Counted from the stretch's first letter, positions 19,251 to 27,671 are shown. The stretch: DNA of 52,806 nt from Bacteroidota bacterium (GCA_034723125.1 JAYEOP010000021.1:1-52806); one strand, 5' to 3'. The notes: generated by a model from the sequence alone, not told the origin. Program-made: numbers and translations.

Positions 19251-21043
19251 TGACAAATAAATTTGCATATTCCATTTTTTTGATATGTTGTATTCTAAAC
19301 TTTACAAATATTAATATTGTAAAAGGTCAAAATATCATTCTTATCAATGAAATAGAAGATGTTGACAGTTCTTTTTTGCTTGCACGTGAATATGCATTTA
19401 ATGGCTCAAGAGACACTTCAAGAGCAATTTGCTATAAAATTTTAGAAAGAGCACCATCTTATGATGATGTCCGAATACTTATTGGCAGAACTTATACATG
19501 GGATGGAGAGTACTCAAAAGCAAGAAAAGAATTTAAAACCGTTTACGATAGCTCACCCGATTATTATGATTTAATAAATGCTATTATTGACCTTGAAAAA
19601 TGGTCGGAAAATTACGATAAAGCAATTGAATATTGTATGCACGGATTAAGCTATTATCCTTTTGATAGTAATTTTTTATACAAAAAAGCAGACATCCTTG
19701 ACAGTAAAAAAGAATATGATTTATCATTAGAAATTGTTGATTCATTAATATTTAAATACCCTAAAGACACTTTATTCACAAATCTCAAAGAATCAATTTT
19801 AGAACATATTGAAATACAGAATGACACAATTGATACAGACAGTCTTTTTATGCAAGCCCGAGAATATGCTTTTAATGGAAAACGTGATTCTTCAAGAATA
19901 CTTTGCCAACAAATTTTAAATAAAAACCCAAATTATCATGAAGTAAGAACTTTGTTAGGACGAACTTATCTTTGGGATAAAAAATATAATTTAGCAAAAA
20001 AAGAATTTCATAAAGTACTTTTAGATGATTCGGCAAATTACCAAGCAATAAGTGCTTCTATTGATTGCGAAAACTGGTCAGACGATTACGACTCGGCATT
20101 AAGTTTTTGCAATTATGGATTATTTTATCATCCTAATGACTGTGATTTCCTTTATAAAAAAGCAAGTGTTTTTGATAATCAAGAAGAATACGATACCGCC
20201 CTTAAAGTATTGAAATATTTAAATACACTATGTCCCGAACATGAAAAAGGCAACTCATTGCTTAAAAATGTAAAAGCTTCAAATCAAAAAAACAGCATTT
20301 CGTTAAACTATTCATTTGAATATTTTGGTATTCCTTGGAACAGAAGATTTCATCTTACTACTTTAAAATACGGACACAAATTTAAAAAATTCTCAATAAT
20401 TGCAAAATATTATATCGGTGATATGGTTTTTGATTCCGAACATCTTCTTACAAAAGATATTGATGGCGAGCCTGAATTAGATGTATATTTTGACATTTGG
20501 AAAGATGCTTATGCATGGACAAGCTATGGTTATTCATGGAATCACAATCTATTTCCACGACACCGATTCGGATTCGAAATTTATCAATCCTTACCAAATG
20601 CCTTTGAAACATCTTTGGGAATAAGGTACATGCAATTTTATCGCGATTCTGATAGTTCTGCAAATAACATTCTTATTTACACAGCATCTGTAGGAAAATA
20701 CATAGGAAACTGGTGGATATTATTAAGAACTTATATTTCTCCAAAATCCTATGGTGTTTCTAATTCCTTTCATTTGTCTTTTCGCAGATATTTTAAACAC
20801 AAAGATAACTATTTTTCAGTTGTACTTTCAACAGGAAATTCACCCGATGAAAGAATAAACAAAATTGGTGATTTTGATATGTTAGATTCTAAAAGGATTA
20901 GATTAGGATATAAAGATAAAATTTCTTCTTCTTTTTTATATGAAATTAGAGTAGGATATAATTATGAAGAATATAAAACAGATAACAATATTAATAATCG
21001 TAATGCTTATGATGCTAGTATTTTATTAGAATATTTATTTTAA
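19250..21043 (+). CDS. Outer-membrane TPR plus C-terminal beta-barrel protein (YaiO/PgaA/NfrA-like polysaccharide exporter candidate)
   Basis: It has a signal peptide. Two tandem roughly 160-aa TPR modules are clearly paralogous (AREYAFNG.RD.SR..C..IL...P.Y..VR.L.GRTY.WD..Y..A.KEF). The C-terminal roughly 270 aa shows alternating aromatic/hydrophobic beta-strand patterns and ends in ...LLEYLF, a terminal Phe typical of OMPs. The start overlaps the receiver gene's stop by 1 nt. Confidence 0.75.
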   Translation: MTNKFAYSIFLICCILNFTNINIVKGQNIILINEIEDVDSSFLLAREYAFNGSRDTSRAICYKILERAPSYDDVRILIGRTYTWDGEYSKARKEFKTVYDSSPDYYDLINAIIDLEKWSENYDKAIEYCMHGLSYYPFDSNFLYKKADILDSKKEYDLSLEIVDSLIFKYPKDTLFTNLKESILEHIEIQNDTIDTDSLFMQAREYAFNGKRDSSRILCQQILNKNPNYHEVRTLLGRTYLWDKKYNLAKKEFHKVLLDDSANYQAISASIDCENWSDDYDSALSFCNYGLFYHPNDCDFLYKKASVFDNQEEYDTALKVLKYLNTLCPEHEKGNSLLKNVKASNQKNSISLNYSFEYFGIPWNRRFHLTTLKYGHKFKKFSIIAKYYIGDMVFDSEHLLTKDIDGEPELDVYFDIWKDAYAWTSYGYSWNHNLFPRHRFGFEIYQSLPNAFETSLGIRYMQFYRDSDSSANNILIYTASVGKYIGNWWILLRTYISPKSYGVSNSFHLSFRRYFKHKDNYFSVVLSTGNSPDERINKIGDFDMLDSKRIRLGYKDKISSSFLYEIRVGYNYEEYKTDNNINNRNAYDASILLEYLF

Positions 21044-21093
21044 AGAAAACAACAAATAATTTGAATACACACACAATTAAAATATTGAATTTC

Positions 21094-23139
21094 ATGCGTT
21101 CTCAAAACCTATTAAAAGTTATTTCAACAATAATATTTTTGGGAATTGTACAATTTTGCCTCTACTCAAATGCATTTGCACAGCAACAAGATGTTACTTT
21201 GAGTGTCCAAATATCTGCAAGAAAAGGAAGTCCCGGAGACATGATTTTTTTGAAAAAAAGACATAAAATAGACAAGGAAATTAAAGAGATACTTGACAAT
21301 GGCAGATATAAATATGTTGTTGGAACTTTTTACAATTACAATGATGCTAAAGAATACCGAAACGAACTAATAGATGAACACGGATTAAAAGATGCTTTTA
21401 TTGTTGCAATTCAAAACGAGAAAATACTTAATAACTGGGACAGAAATAATTATATAGCTTCTTCAAAAAAAACAACACCTCAAAAAGTTGAAGACTCGGA
21501 AGAAAAACCTCCAACTAATATTGAGGAAGAGAATGTTGTAGAACCTACAAGCACTACCGATAAAAAAGAAGAGCCTAAAAAGGAAAAGTCAACACAAGAA
21601 ATTGAAAAACCACAGAAAAAAAACATTGGATTTGCCGAAGCTTTTATTAACAAAGAAAATATATTCCCACATCTTTCAAATAAAAAAGTAGAAATAGAAG
21701 ATAAAAGTAACAAAAAAGAAAAAAAGCCTGAAAAAAAAGAAGTAGAGAAAAAGGATAATCAAGAAAAAGAAACAACAAAGCACGAACAAAAAGAAAAGAG
21801 CAAACTAAATACTATATTTTCAAAAAGAAAATCTAAAAAAGAAAATGAGGATAAAGTTGATAAAAAAGATCAACCGAAAAAGAAAAAACAAGCAAAAGCA
21901 AAAAACAAGCAAGAAGAAAATAAAGAAAAAATAGTTGAAAAAGAAGAAAAACCGGAACATTGGACAGGTGAAGCTGAAAAAGCAGAAACAACTAAGGAAG
22001 TAGTAGAAAAACTAAAAAAGGACAAAAGTTTACCATTTCCTCAAAATATTTTACATCCTATAATGAATGTAGTAGAAACAACTTTTAATTCAAACAAGAT
22101 AATTATTATGGCAATTATCTTGATATTTTATTTCCAGTTAAGTTTTATTCTATTAGTTATTTTCATTGTAATACAACGATTTATTAAATCCGCAAAGGAT
22201 AAAAAGATTGAAATAGTAAAAGAAAAATATCAAAATATTATTGCTGAATATCTTTTTAGTGATGAGCATGAAAATAAAATTCCTACTGAACTGATAAAAA
22301 TAAACTCCTATTTAAAAACAGACATTTTAGTACAAGAAGTATTATCATTACACAAAAATCTTTCAGGAACGACCTATGAAAGACTAATGAATCTTTACCT
22401 TGAATTATCATTGCATACCCACTCATTAAAAAAACTTAATAGCAGAAAATGGCATATTGTAGCAACAGGAATACAGGAACTTACACAAATGAAAGTAGGA
22501 TTAGCTACTCAACGTATTGAGCAATTTATAAATCACTCAAATGAAATTATTCGCTTAGAAGCTCTACTTGCAATTATAAGATTAAATAAAACAAATCCGT
22601 TTTCTTTTCTTGATAAATATACAGAAGATTTTACAGAATGGGAAAAGCTTAATATTCATTACCTAATAGATAGACATGAGATTAAAATTCCTGATTTTAA
22701 AAAATGGTTGTCATCACATAATGATGATGTAGTAATATTCTGTCTTCAAATGATAGCAATATTCAAGCAACAAAATGCATTTGATGACCTGATTAAACTT
22801 TTAAGTCATCCTAATAAAAAGATAATTCAAAAATCAATTACTGCTCTCGGCATTAATGGAAATTCTGATGCTTCTAAATATTTAAAAGATATTTATAATT
22901 ATGTTTATCATCAAAATAAAATTAGAATTATTATTACTTTAGGGGATTTTAATGATGAATCAAATGTCGATTTTCTGGAAAATATTTTATCCGATAATAA
23001 TTTTGATTTAAGATTCCATGCTGCAGAATCACTTGACAAAATTGGCATGTCCAGTGATAAATACCTTGATATAGCAAAAAAGGATGAAGATACAGAATTA
23101 GAAACAATTGTTAAACACATTTTTATTGAAAGAATCTAA
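21094..23139 (+). CDS. Bitopic membrane protein: SPOR-like domain, K/E-rich linker, TM helix and cytoplasmic HEAT/armadillo-like repeats
   Basis: The track ORF starts at a TTG at 21061. The ATG at 21094 gives a clean signal peptide, MRSQNLLKVISTIIFLGIVQFCLYSNAFA. YKYVVGTFYNYNDAKEYRNELIDEHGLKDAFIVA resembles a SPOR domain. A roughly 200-aa K/E-rich tract follows, then a TM segment (IIIMAIILIFYFQLSFILLVIFIVI). The C-terminus has repeated helical units (EIIRLEALLAIIRL, KKIIQKSITALG, DLRFHAAESLDKIG). Confidence 0.7.
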   Translation: MRSQNLLKVISTIIFLGIVQFCLYSNAFAQQQDVTLSVQISARKGSPGDMIFLKKRHKIDKEIKEILDNGRYKYVVGTFYNYNDAKEYRNELIDEHGLKDAFIVAIQNEKILNNWDRNNYIASSKKTTPQKVEDSEEKPPTNIEEENVVEPTSTTDKKEEPKKEKSTQEIEKPQKKNIGFAEAFINKENIFPHLSNKKVEIEDKSNKKEKKPEKKEVEKKDNQEKETTKHEQKEKSKLNTIFSKRKSKKENEDKVDKKDQPKKKKQAKAKNKQEENKEKIVEKEEKPEHWTGEAEKAETTKEVVEKLKKDKSLPFPQNILHPIMNVVETTFNSNKIIIMAIILIFYFQLSFILLVIFIVIQRFIKSAKDKKIEIVKEKYQNIIAEYLFSDEHENKIPTELIKINSYLKTDILVQEVLSLHKNLSGTTYERLMNLYLELSLHTHSLKKLNSRKWHIVATGIQELTQMKVGLATQRIEQFINHSNEIIRLEALLAIIRLNKTNPFSFLDKYTEDFTEWEKLNIHYLIDRHEIKIPDFKKWLSSHNDDVVIFCLQMIAIFKQQNAFDDLIKLLSHPNKKIIQKSITALGINGNSDASKYLKDIYNYVYHQNKIRIIITLGDFNDESNVDFLENILSDNNFDLRFHAAESLDKIGMSSDKYLDIAKKDEDTELETIVKHIFIERI

Positions 23140-23142
23140 ATT

Positions 23143-24567
23143 ATGCTTGAACTATTAAAAATATTACAAGAATTACTCAACCTTGTATTTTTCCTGTTTG
23201 GAATATTTGTTGTCTTTGCATATCTTGCACTAGCGGTAATTTCAGCTTTTGCACTTATACATTATATGCGAAAAAACAGTTTTGTAGATTACAATAAAAT
23301 TCTTTCATCACCTTTTGCCCCATCAGTTTCTGTGATTGCACCTGCTTTTAACGAAGGAAAAACGATTATTGATAATGTTCATGCTTTACTACATTTATAT
23401 TATCAAGATTATGACATTCTTATTGTAAACGATGGAAGCAAAGATGATACACTTAGCAAACTAATAGAATCCTTTTCACTCAAAAAAGTTACTTACGCAG
23501 TTGATTTCAGACTAGAGCATAAAGAGATAATTGGCATATACAAATCTACAAACCAATCCTTTGGGATGTTAACAGTTATTGACAAAAGAAACGGTGGAAA
23601 AGCAGACGCTTTAAATGCAGGTATAAATGTATCAAGAAAAGATGTTTTTGTTGTAATTGATGTTGACTCAATATTAGAACAAGATGCATTATTAAGACTT
23701 GCAAAACCATTTCTTGAACAAAGAGAAAAAACAGTACTCACTTCGGGAAGTGTAATTCGTATTGCAAACTCATGTGAAATAGAAAGTGGGAAAATAATTA
23801 ATGTCAATTACCCTAAAGAATATTTAGCAAAATTTCAGGTTCTTGAATATAATAGATCATTTTTGATGGGAAGAATGGCTTGGGCGAAACTTAACGGACT
23901 ACTACTCATAAGTGGTGCAATGGGAATGTTTAACCGAGATGTAATTATTGACTGCGGGGGTTACAGCACTAAAACAGTAGGTGAAGACATGGAATTAATT
24001 GTTCGTGTAAGAAGACACATGGAAGAAATTAATCAGAAATATGATGTAGTGTATATACCCGACCCTCTTTGCTGGACAGAAGTTCCTACTAGTCTTAAAA
24101 TTCTTGGAAATCAAAGAAACAGATGGACAAGAGGAAACATGGGAACTCTTTTTATGCATCGTAAAATCTTTTTCAATCCACAATATGGAACAATGGGAAT
24201 GTTAGGTTATCCTTATTGGTTCATTTTTGAATGGCTTGCACCTTTAATGGAATTCTTTGGGTTAATATACTTTATTTTCCTTGCTGTAGTTGGTGCCTCA
24301 AACTGGCCGTTTTTCTTAATGCTATTAACATTTGTTTATTCTTTTGCTATAGTATTTTCAACATGGTCAATACTGTTTGAAGAACTTACTTTTGACAGAT
24401 ATAAAAAGAAAACTGACTTAATAAAATTATTCTTTACTGCACTAATTGAACCTTTCCTTTATCATCCATTAACTGTTTTTTGGTCACTTATGGGAAACTA
24501 TGATTATTTCCGTGGCAAAAAAACTTGGGGTAAAATGGAAAGACATGGCTTTACGCATAGTGCATAA
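23143..24567 (+). CDS. Processive family-2 glycosyltransferase (PgaC/IcaA/NfrB/BcsA-type polysaccharide synthase)
   Basis: An N-terminal TM is followed by a GT-A domain with VIAPAFNE, NDGSKDDT, GGKADALN, VIDVDS, GEDMEL and QRNRW (24112-24126). Several C-terminal TM helices follow. It starts 3 nt after the preceding gene. Confidence 0.9.
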   Translation: MLELLKILQELLNLVFFLFGIFVVFAYLALAVISAFALIHYMRKNSFVDYNKILSSPFAPSVSVIAPAFNEGKTIIDNVHALLHLYYQDYDILIVNDGSKDDTLSKLIESFSLKKVTYAVDFRLEHKEIIGIYKSTNQSFGMLTVIDKRNGGKADALNAGINVSRKDVFVVIDVDSILEQDALLRLAKPFLEQREKTVLTSGSVIRIANSCEIESGKIINVNYPKEYLAKFQVLEYNRSFLMGRMAWAKLNGLLLISGAMGMFNRDVIIDCGGYSTKTVGEDMELIVRVRRHMEEINQKYDVVYIPDPLCWTEVPTSLKILGNQRNRWTRGNMGTLFMHRKIFFNPQYGTMGMLGYPYWFIFEWLAPLMEFFGLIYFIFLAVVGASNWPFFLMLLTFVYSFAIVFSTWSILFEELTFDRYKKKTDLIKLFFTALIEPFLYHPLTVFWSLMGNYDYFRGKKTWGKMERHGFTHSA

Positions 24568-24592
24568 AAACAATTAATCTTATTCAGGCAAG

Positions 24593-24810
24593 CACATCCT
24601 GCATCTTGCATCCTGTATCTTGCATCCTGCATCTTGCATCCTGCATCCTGGCATCTTGAATCCTGCATCCTGCATCCTGCATCCTGCATCTTGAATCCTG
24701 CATCCTGCATCCTGCATCTTGAATCCTGCATCCTGCATCTTGCATCCTGCATCCTGCATCTTGCATCCTGCATCCTGCATCTTGTATCTTGTATCTTGTA
24801 TCTTGTATCT
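24593..24810. repeat. Heptanucleotide microsatellite, about 31 units of TGCATCC / TGCATCT / TGAATCC / TGTATCT
   Basis: I parsed it by hand into 31 consecutive units. One is an 8-nt unit (tggcatct, 24649-24656), and the array ends with four TGTATCT units. A recurrent three-unit (21-bp) super-period is visible. Confidence 0.95.
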
Positions 24811-24814
24811 TGCC

Positions 24815-25984
24815 CTACCTTACCTTCTTAATAACTTTCTCAACTTCCTTGATTAGGCTTTGAAAAATTTCATCCTTTTTGCCAAGACCGTCAATATCAA
24901 TAACAGGACTTTGTTTTTTGTAATATTTTAAAATCGGTTGTGTTTTCTTTTCATGTTCCTGTAGCCTTTCAACAATAGTTTCAGTATTAGAATCATATTC
25001 CATTCTGTTTTCTGTTTTTCCCCTTAAAGCCAATCTTTTTACTAATTCTAAATGAGGAACATTAATATTAAAAATACATGAAATTGAAGAATTTATCTTT
25101 AACAGTAGCCCATCAAGAATATATGCCTGAACCATTGTTCGTGGAAATCCTTTAAAAATAAATCCATTTGTATCAGGATTCATTTCAATTCTTTTTTCTA
25201 TCAACTTAATTACAATTTCATCAGGAACCAATGCACCTTTTTCCATTAAACGTTCTACTCTTTTACCAAGTGAAGAAGCTTTTTTGATTTCTTCCTGAAG
25301 CATATCACCTGTCGAAAGATAAGTGAGATTATATTTTTCTGCCAGTATTTGTGCCTGAGTTCCTCTGCCTGCTCCCGGATATCCAAAAATTACAACATTT
25401 AAAAGCACTTTTCTTAAAGCAATTTCAATACTTTCTTGAACTTCTGAAAACACATCTTCAATTTTTCCCGTACCATCAATTCCTATATAATTATTTTTTT
25501 CTTTATAAAATGAAATTACAGGAACAGTTTTGTTGTCATATTCCTTAAGCCTGTTTTGAATAATTTCTTTTGTATCGTCTTTCCTATTTTCTATTTCTGC
25601 TCGTTTCAATAACCTTTTAACAGATTCTTCTTTAGGCACTTCAAGGCTTATTAAACTTGTTAATGAAGAATGTACTCTTAACAAAAGCCCTTCTAAAATA
25701 TAAGCTTGCACCAAGGTTCTTGGAAATCCATCAAATAAAAAACCACTTGATTCAGGGTGCATTTTAATTTTCTTTTCAATAATTTGTACAATTATTTCGT
25801 CAGAAACAAGCCCGCCTTTTTCAATAATATGCTTTGCTTCCAAACCGAGTTCTGTTTTTTCAGCTATTTCTGCTCTCAAAATATCACCGGTTGCAATGTA
25901 AATAAGATTATAATTTTCAATTAACAGCTTTGATTGAGTACCTTTTCCTGCTCCAGGAGGTCCAAATAGTGCAATGTTTAACAT
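24815..25984 (-). CDS. adk: Tandem two-domain adenylate kinase (Adk-Adk fusion); the second domain is divergent at catalytic positions
   Basis: Residues 1-192 form a canonical short-LID Adk (GPPGAGKGT, TGDILR, DGFPRT, R.DD..E.I..R). Residues 193-389 form a second full Adk fold with GYPGAGRGT, TGDMLQ and KGFPRT. No stop separates the two halves. Confidence 0.9.
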   Translation of the reverse strand: MLNIALFGPPGAGKGTQSKLLIENYNLIYIATGDILRAEIAEKTELGLEAKHIIEKGGLVSDEIIVQIIEKKIKMHPESSGFLFDGFPRTLVQAYILEGLLLRVHSSLTSLISLEVPKEESVKRLLKRAEIENRKDDTKEIIQNRLKEYDNKTVPVISFYKEKNNYIGIDGTGKIEDVFSEVQESIEIALRKVLLNVVIFGYPGAGRGTQAQILAEKYNLTYLSTGDMLQEEIKKASSLGKRVERLMEKGALVPDEIVIKLIEKRIEMNPDTNGFIFKGFPRTMVQAYILDGLLLKINSSISCIFNINVPHLELVKRLALRGKTENRMEYDSNTETIVERLQEHEKKTQPILKYYKKQSPVIDIDGLGKKDEIFQSLIKEVEKVIKKVR

Positions 25985-25996
25985 ATCTTTTTTCTT

Positions 25997-26989
25997 TTAA
26001 AATTCATTTAAATTATTCCATAACATATCTTTTAACTCAGCTATTCCCTCTCCTGTAATTGACGAAATAAATACAGAAGGTAAATCAGGAATAAAGTTTA
26101 TTAATTCATTCTTTAATTCATTGTCAAGCAAATCAGATTTTGTAATTGCAAGTATTTTCTTTTTTCCAGCAAGCAATGGATTAAACTTTTTTAATTCATC
26201 AAATAAAGTTTCATAATGATCACTAATATTTAAATGCTCAGCAGATATCATAAAAAGCAAGACAGAATTCCTTTCAATATGTCTTAAAAACCTTAATCCT
26301 AAACCCTTTCCTTTTGACGCACCTTTAATAATTCCCGGAATATCTGCCACTACAAAAGATTTTTCATCCTTGTAATCCACCACACCAACACTTGGAGTTA
26401 AAGTTGTAAACTCATAATTTGCCACTTTTGGTTTAGCTGCAGAAATAACTGACAATAGTGTTGATTTTCCGGCATTGGGAAAGCCAACCAAACCAACATC
26501 AGCCAATAATTTAAGTTCAAGAATAACTTCACTGTATTCTCCTTCTATTCCCGACTGGGAGTAACGAGGTGCTTTACGAACAGAAGATCTAAAATGATAA
26601 TTGCCTAATCCTCCTTTTCCTCCTCTGAGTAAAATTTTTCTTTGATTATGTTCCGTAATTTCAAATAATGGTTTTTCATCATCAATTTTTTTTGCTATTG
26701 TACCCAATGGCACTTCAATAATTCTATCTTCTGCATTTGCTCCTGTTTTTAATGATTTACCTCCACCTTGTCCATTATTTGCAATAACATGCTTCATATA
26801 TCTTAAATGTAATAATGTCCAAAGGTGATTGCTTCCTACTAATATCACATGACCACCTCTGCCTCCATCACCTCCATCGGGTCCACCCTTAGATGTCGTT
26901 TTATCACGATGAAAATGAGACATACCTGGACCTCCTGCTCCCGAACGACAAAATATCTTTATCCTATCTATAAAATCTTGATTACTCAT
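25997..26989 (-). CDS. obg: GTPase Obg/CgtA
   Basis: It has the glycine-rich Obg fold (GGPDGGDGGRGG) and the G1 motif GFPNAGKST, plus DIPG and TKSD. Confidence 0.95.
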   Translation of the reverse strand: MSNQDFIDRIKIFCRSGAGGPGMSHFHRDKTTSKGGPDGGDGGRGGHVILVGSNHLWTLLHLRYMKHVIANNGQGGGKSLKTGANAEDRIIEVPLGTIAKKIDDEKPLFEITEHNQRKILLRGGKGGLGNYHFRSSVRKAPRYSQSGIEGEYSEVILELKLLADVGLVGFPNAGKSTLLSVISAAKPKVANYEFTTLTPSVGVVDYKDEKSFVVADIPGIIKGASKGKGLGLRFLRHIERNSVLLFMISAEHLNISDHYETLFDELKKFNPLLAGKKKILAITKSDLLDNELKNELINFIPDLPSVFISSITGEGIAELKDMLWNNLNEF

Positions 26990-27262
26990 TTCTTTCTATT
27001 CTATATATTATCTTATGTTTTTGTTTAAAAACAATCTTTAAAGTAAGCATTAGAAACATTGTAAAAATAAAACAAATACATCACATTTTGTCTTCAAAAG
27101 TATTGAAAAAATCAATTTCTGTAAAATATTCAAAAATTTGTAAAATTTTTGTTTTTTAAGATTTATATTTCATTCTATCTAATTGTATTTGTAGCGTTTA
27201 CAGAATTTTTTATTTTTTTTTCATATAATTTCAAAAAAGTTTTTCCATTTCGTATAAAATAT

Positions 27263-27270
27263 TATATTTG
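27263..27270 (+). promoter_or_regulatory. Candidate -7 box (TATATTTG)
   Basis: It matches TAnnTTTG 24 nt upstream of the ATG at 27295. Confidence 0.35.
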
Positions 27271-27294
27271 CACAAAATCTAAAAGAAGCAGAAT

Positions 27295-27516
27295 ATGTAT
27301 TGGACAGTGGAATTGGCATCATATCTGATTGATGCTCCGTGGCCTGCAACAAAGGACGAACTTATCGACTACACAATCAGGACGGGAGCACCCCTTGAGC
27401 TCGTAGAAAACTTGCAAGAGCTTGAAGATGACGGTGATCCGTTTGAAAATATTGATGAAATTTGGCCTGACTACCCCTCTAGTGATGAATATTTTTTCAA
27501 CGAAGATGAGTATTAA
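27295..27516 (+). CDS. DUF2795-family small acidic protein
   Basis: YL....WPATKDELIDY....GAP.E..ENL.EL resembles DUF2795 (recognised from memory). Its composition is coding-like and distinct from the flanking AT-rich DNA. Confidence 0.7.
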   Translation: MYWTVELASYLIDAPWPATKDELIDYTIRTGAPLELVENLQELEDDGDPFENIDEIWPDYPSSDEYFFNEDEY

Positions 27517-27663
27517 TTAACACTTTTTCAATTTACCTTAGTCCGTTTTTTTTGTTTCAAATCTACTCAAAGCTGATAATTGACTTTTCCAAAGTTAATT
27601 TAGCTTACTGAAACAACATCATAGCTATTGCATCTTGAAAATGAGATTTCAATTCTTTCTCTT

Positions 27664-27671
27664 TACCTTTG
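27664..27671 (+). promoter_or_regulatory. Candidate -7 box (TACCTTTG) for gpmI
   Basis: It matches TAnnTTTG 22 nt upstream of the ATG at 27694. It lies inside the TTG-extended track ORF, which argues for the shorter start. Confidence 0.4.

Noticed and set aside
24593-24810. The heptamer array as a classical phase-variation switch.
   Set aside because: It sits between two convergent stop codons. It is neither inside an ORF nor in a promoter spacer, so copy-number change cannot toggle either flanking gene in the usual way.
24504-24831. Four overlapping ORFs that encode MQDAGCR-type heptapeptide repeats.
   Set aside because: They are artefacts of the 7-nt microsatellite, which is open in all frames on both strands. 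One of them also runs antisense into the GT2 gene's 3' end. None has a start context or a non-repeat domain.
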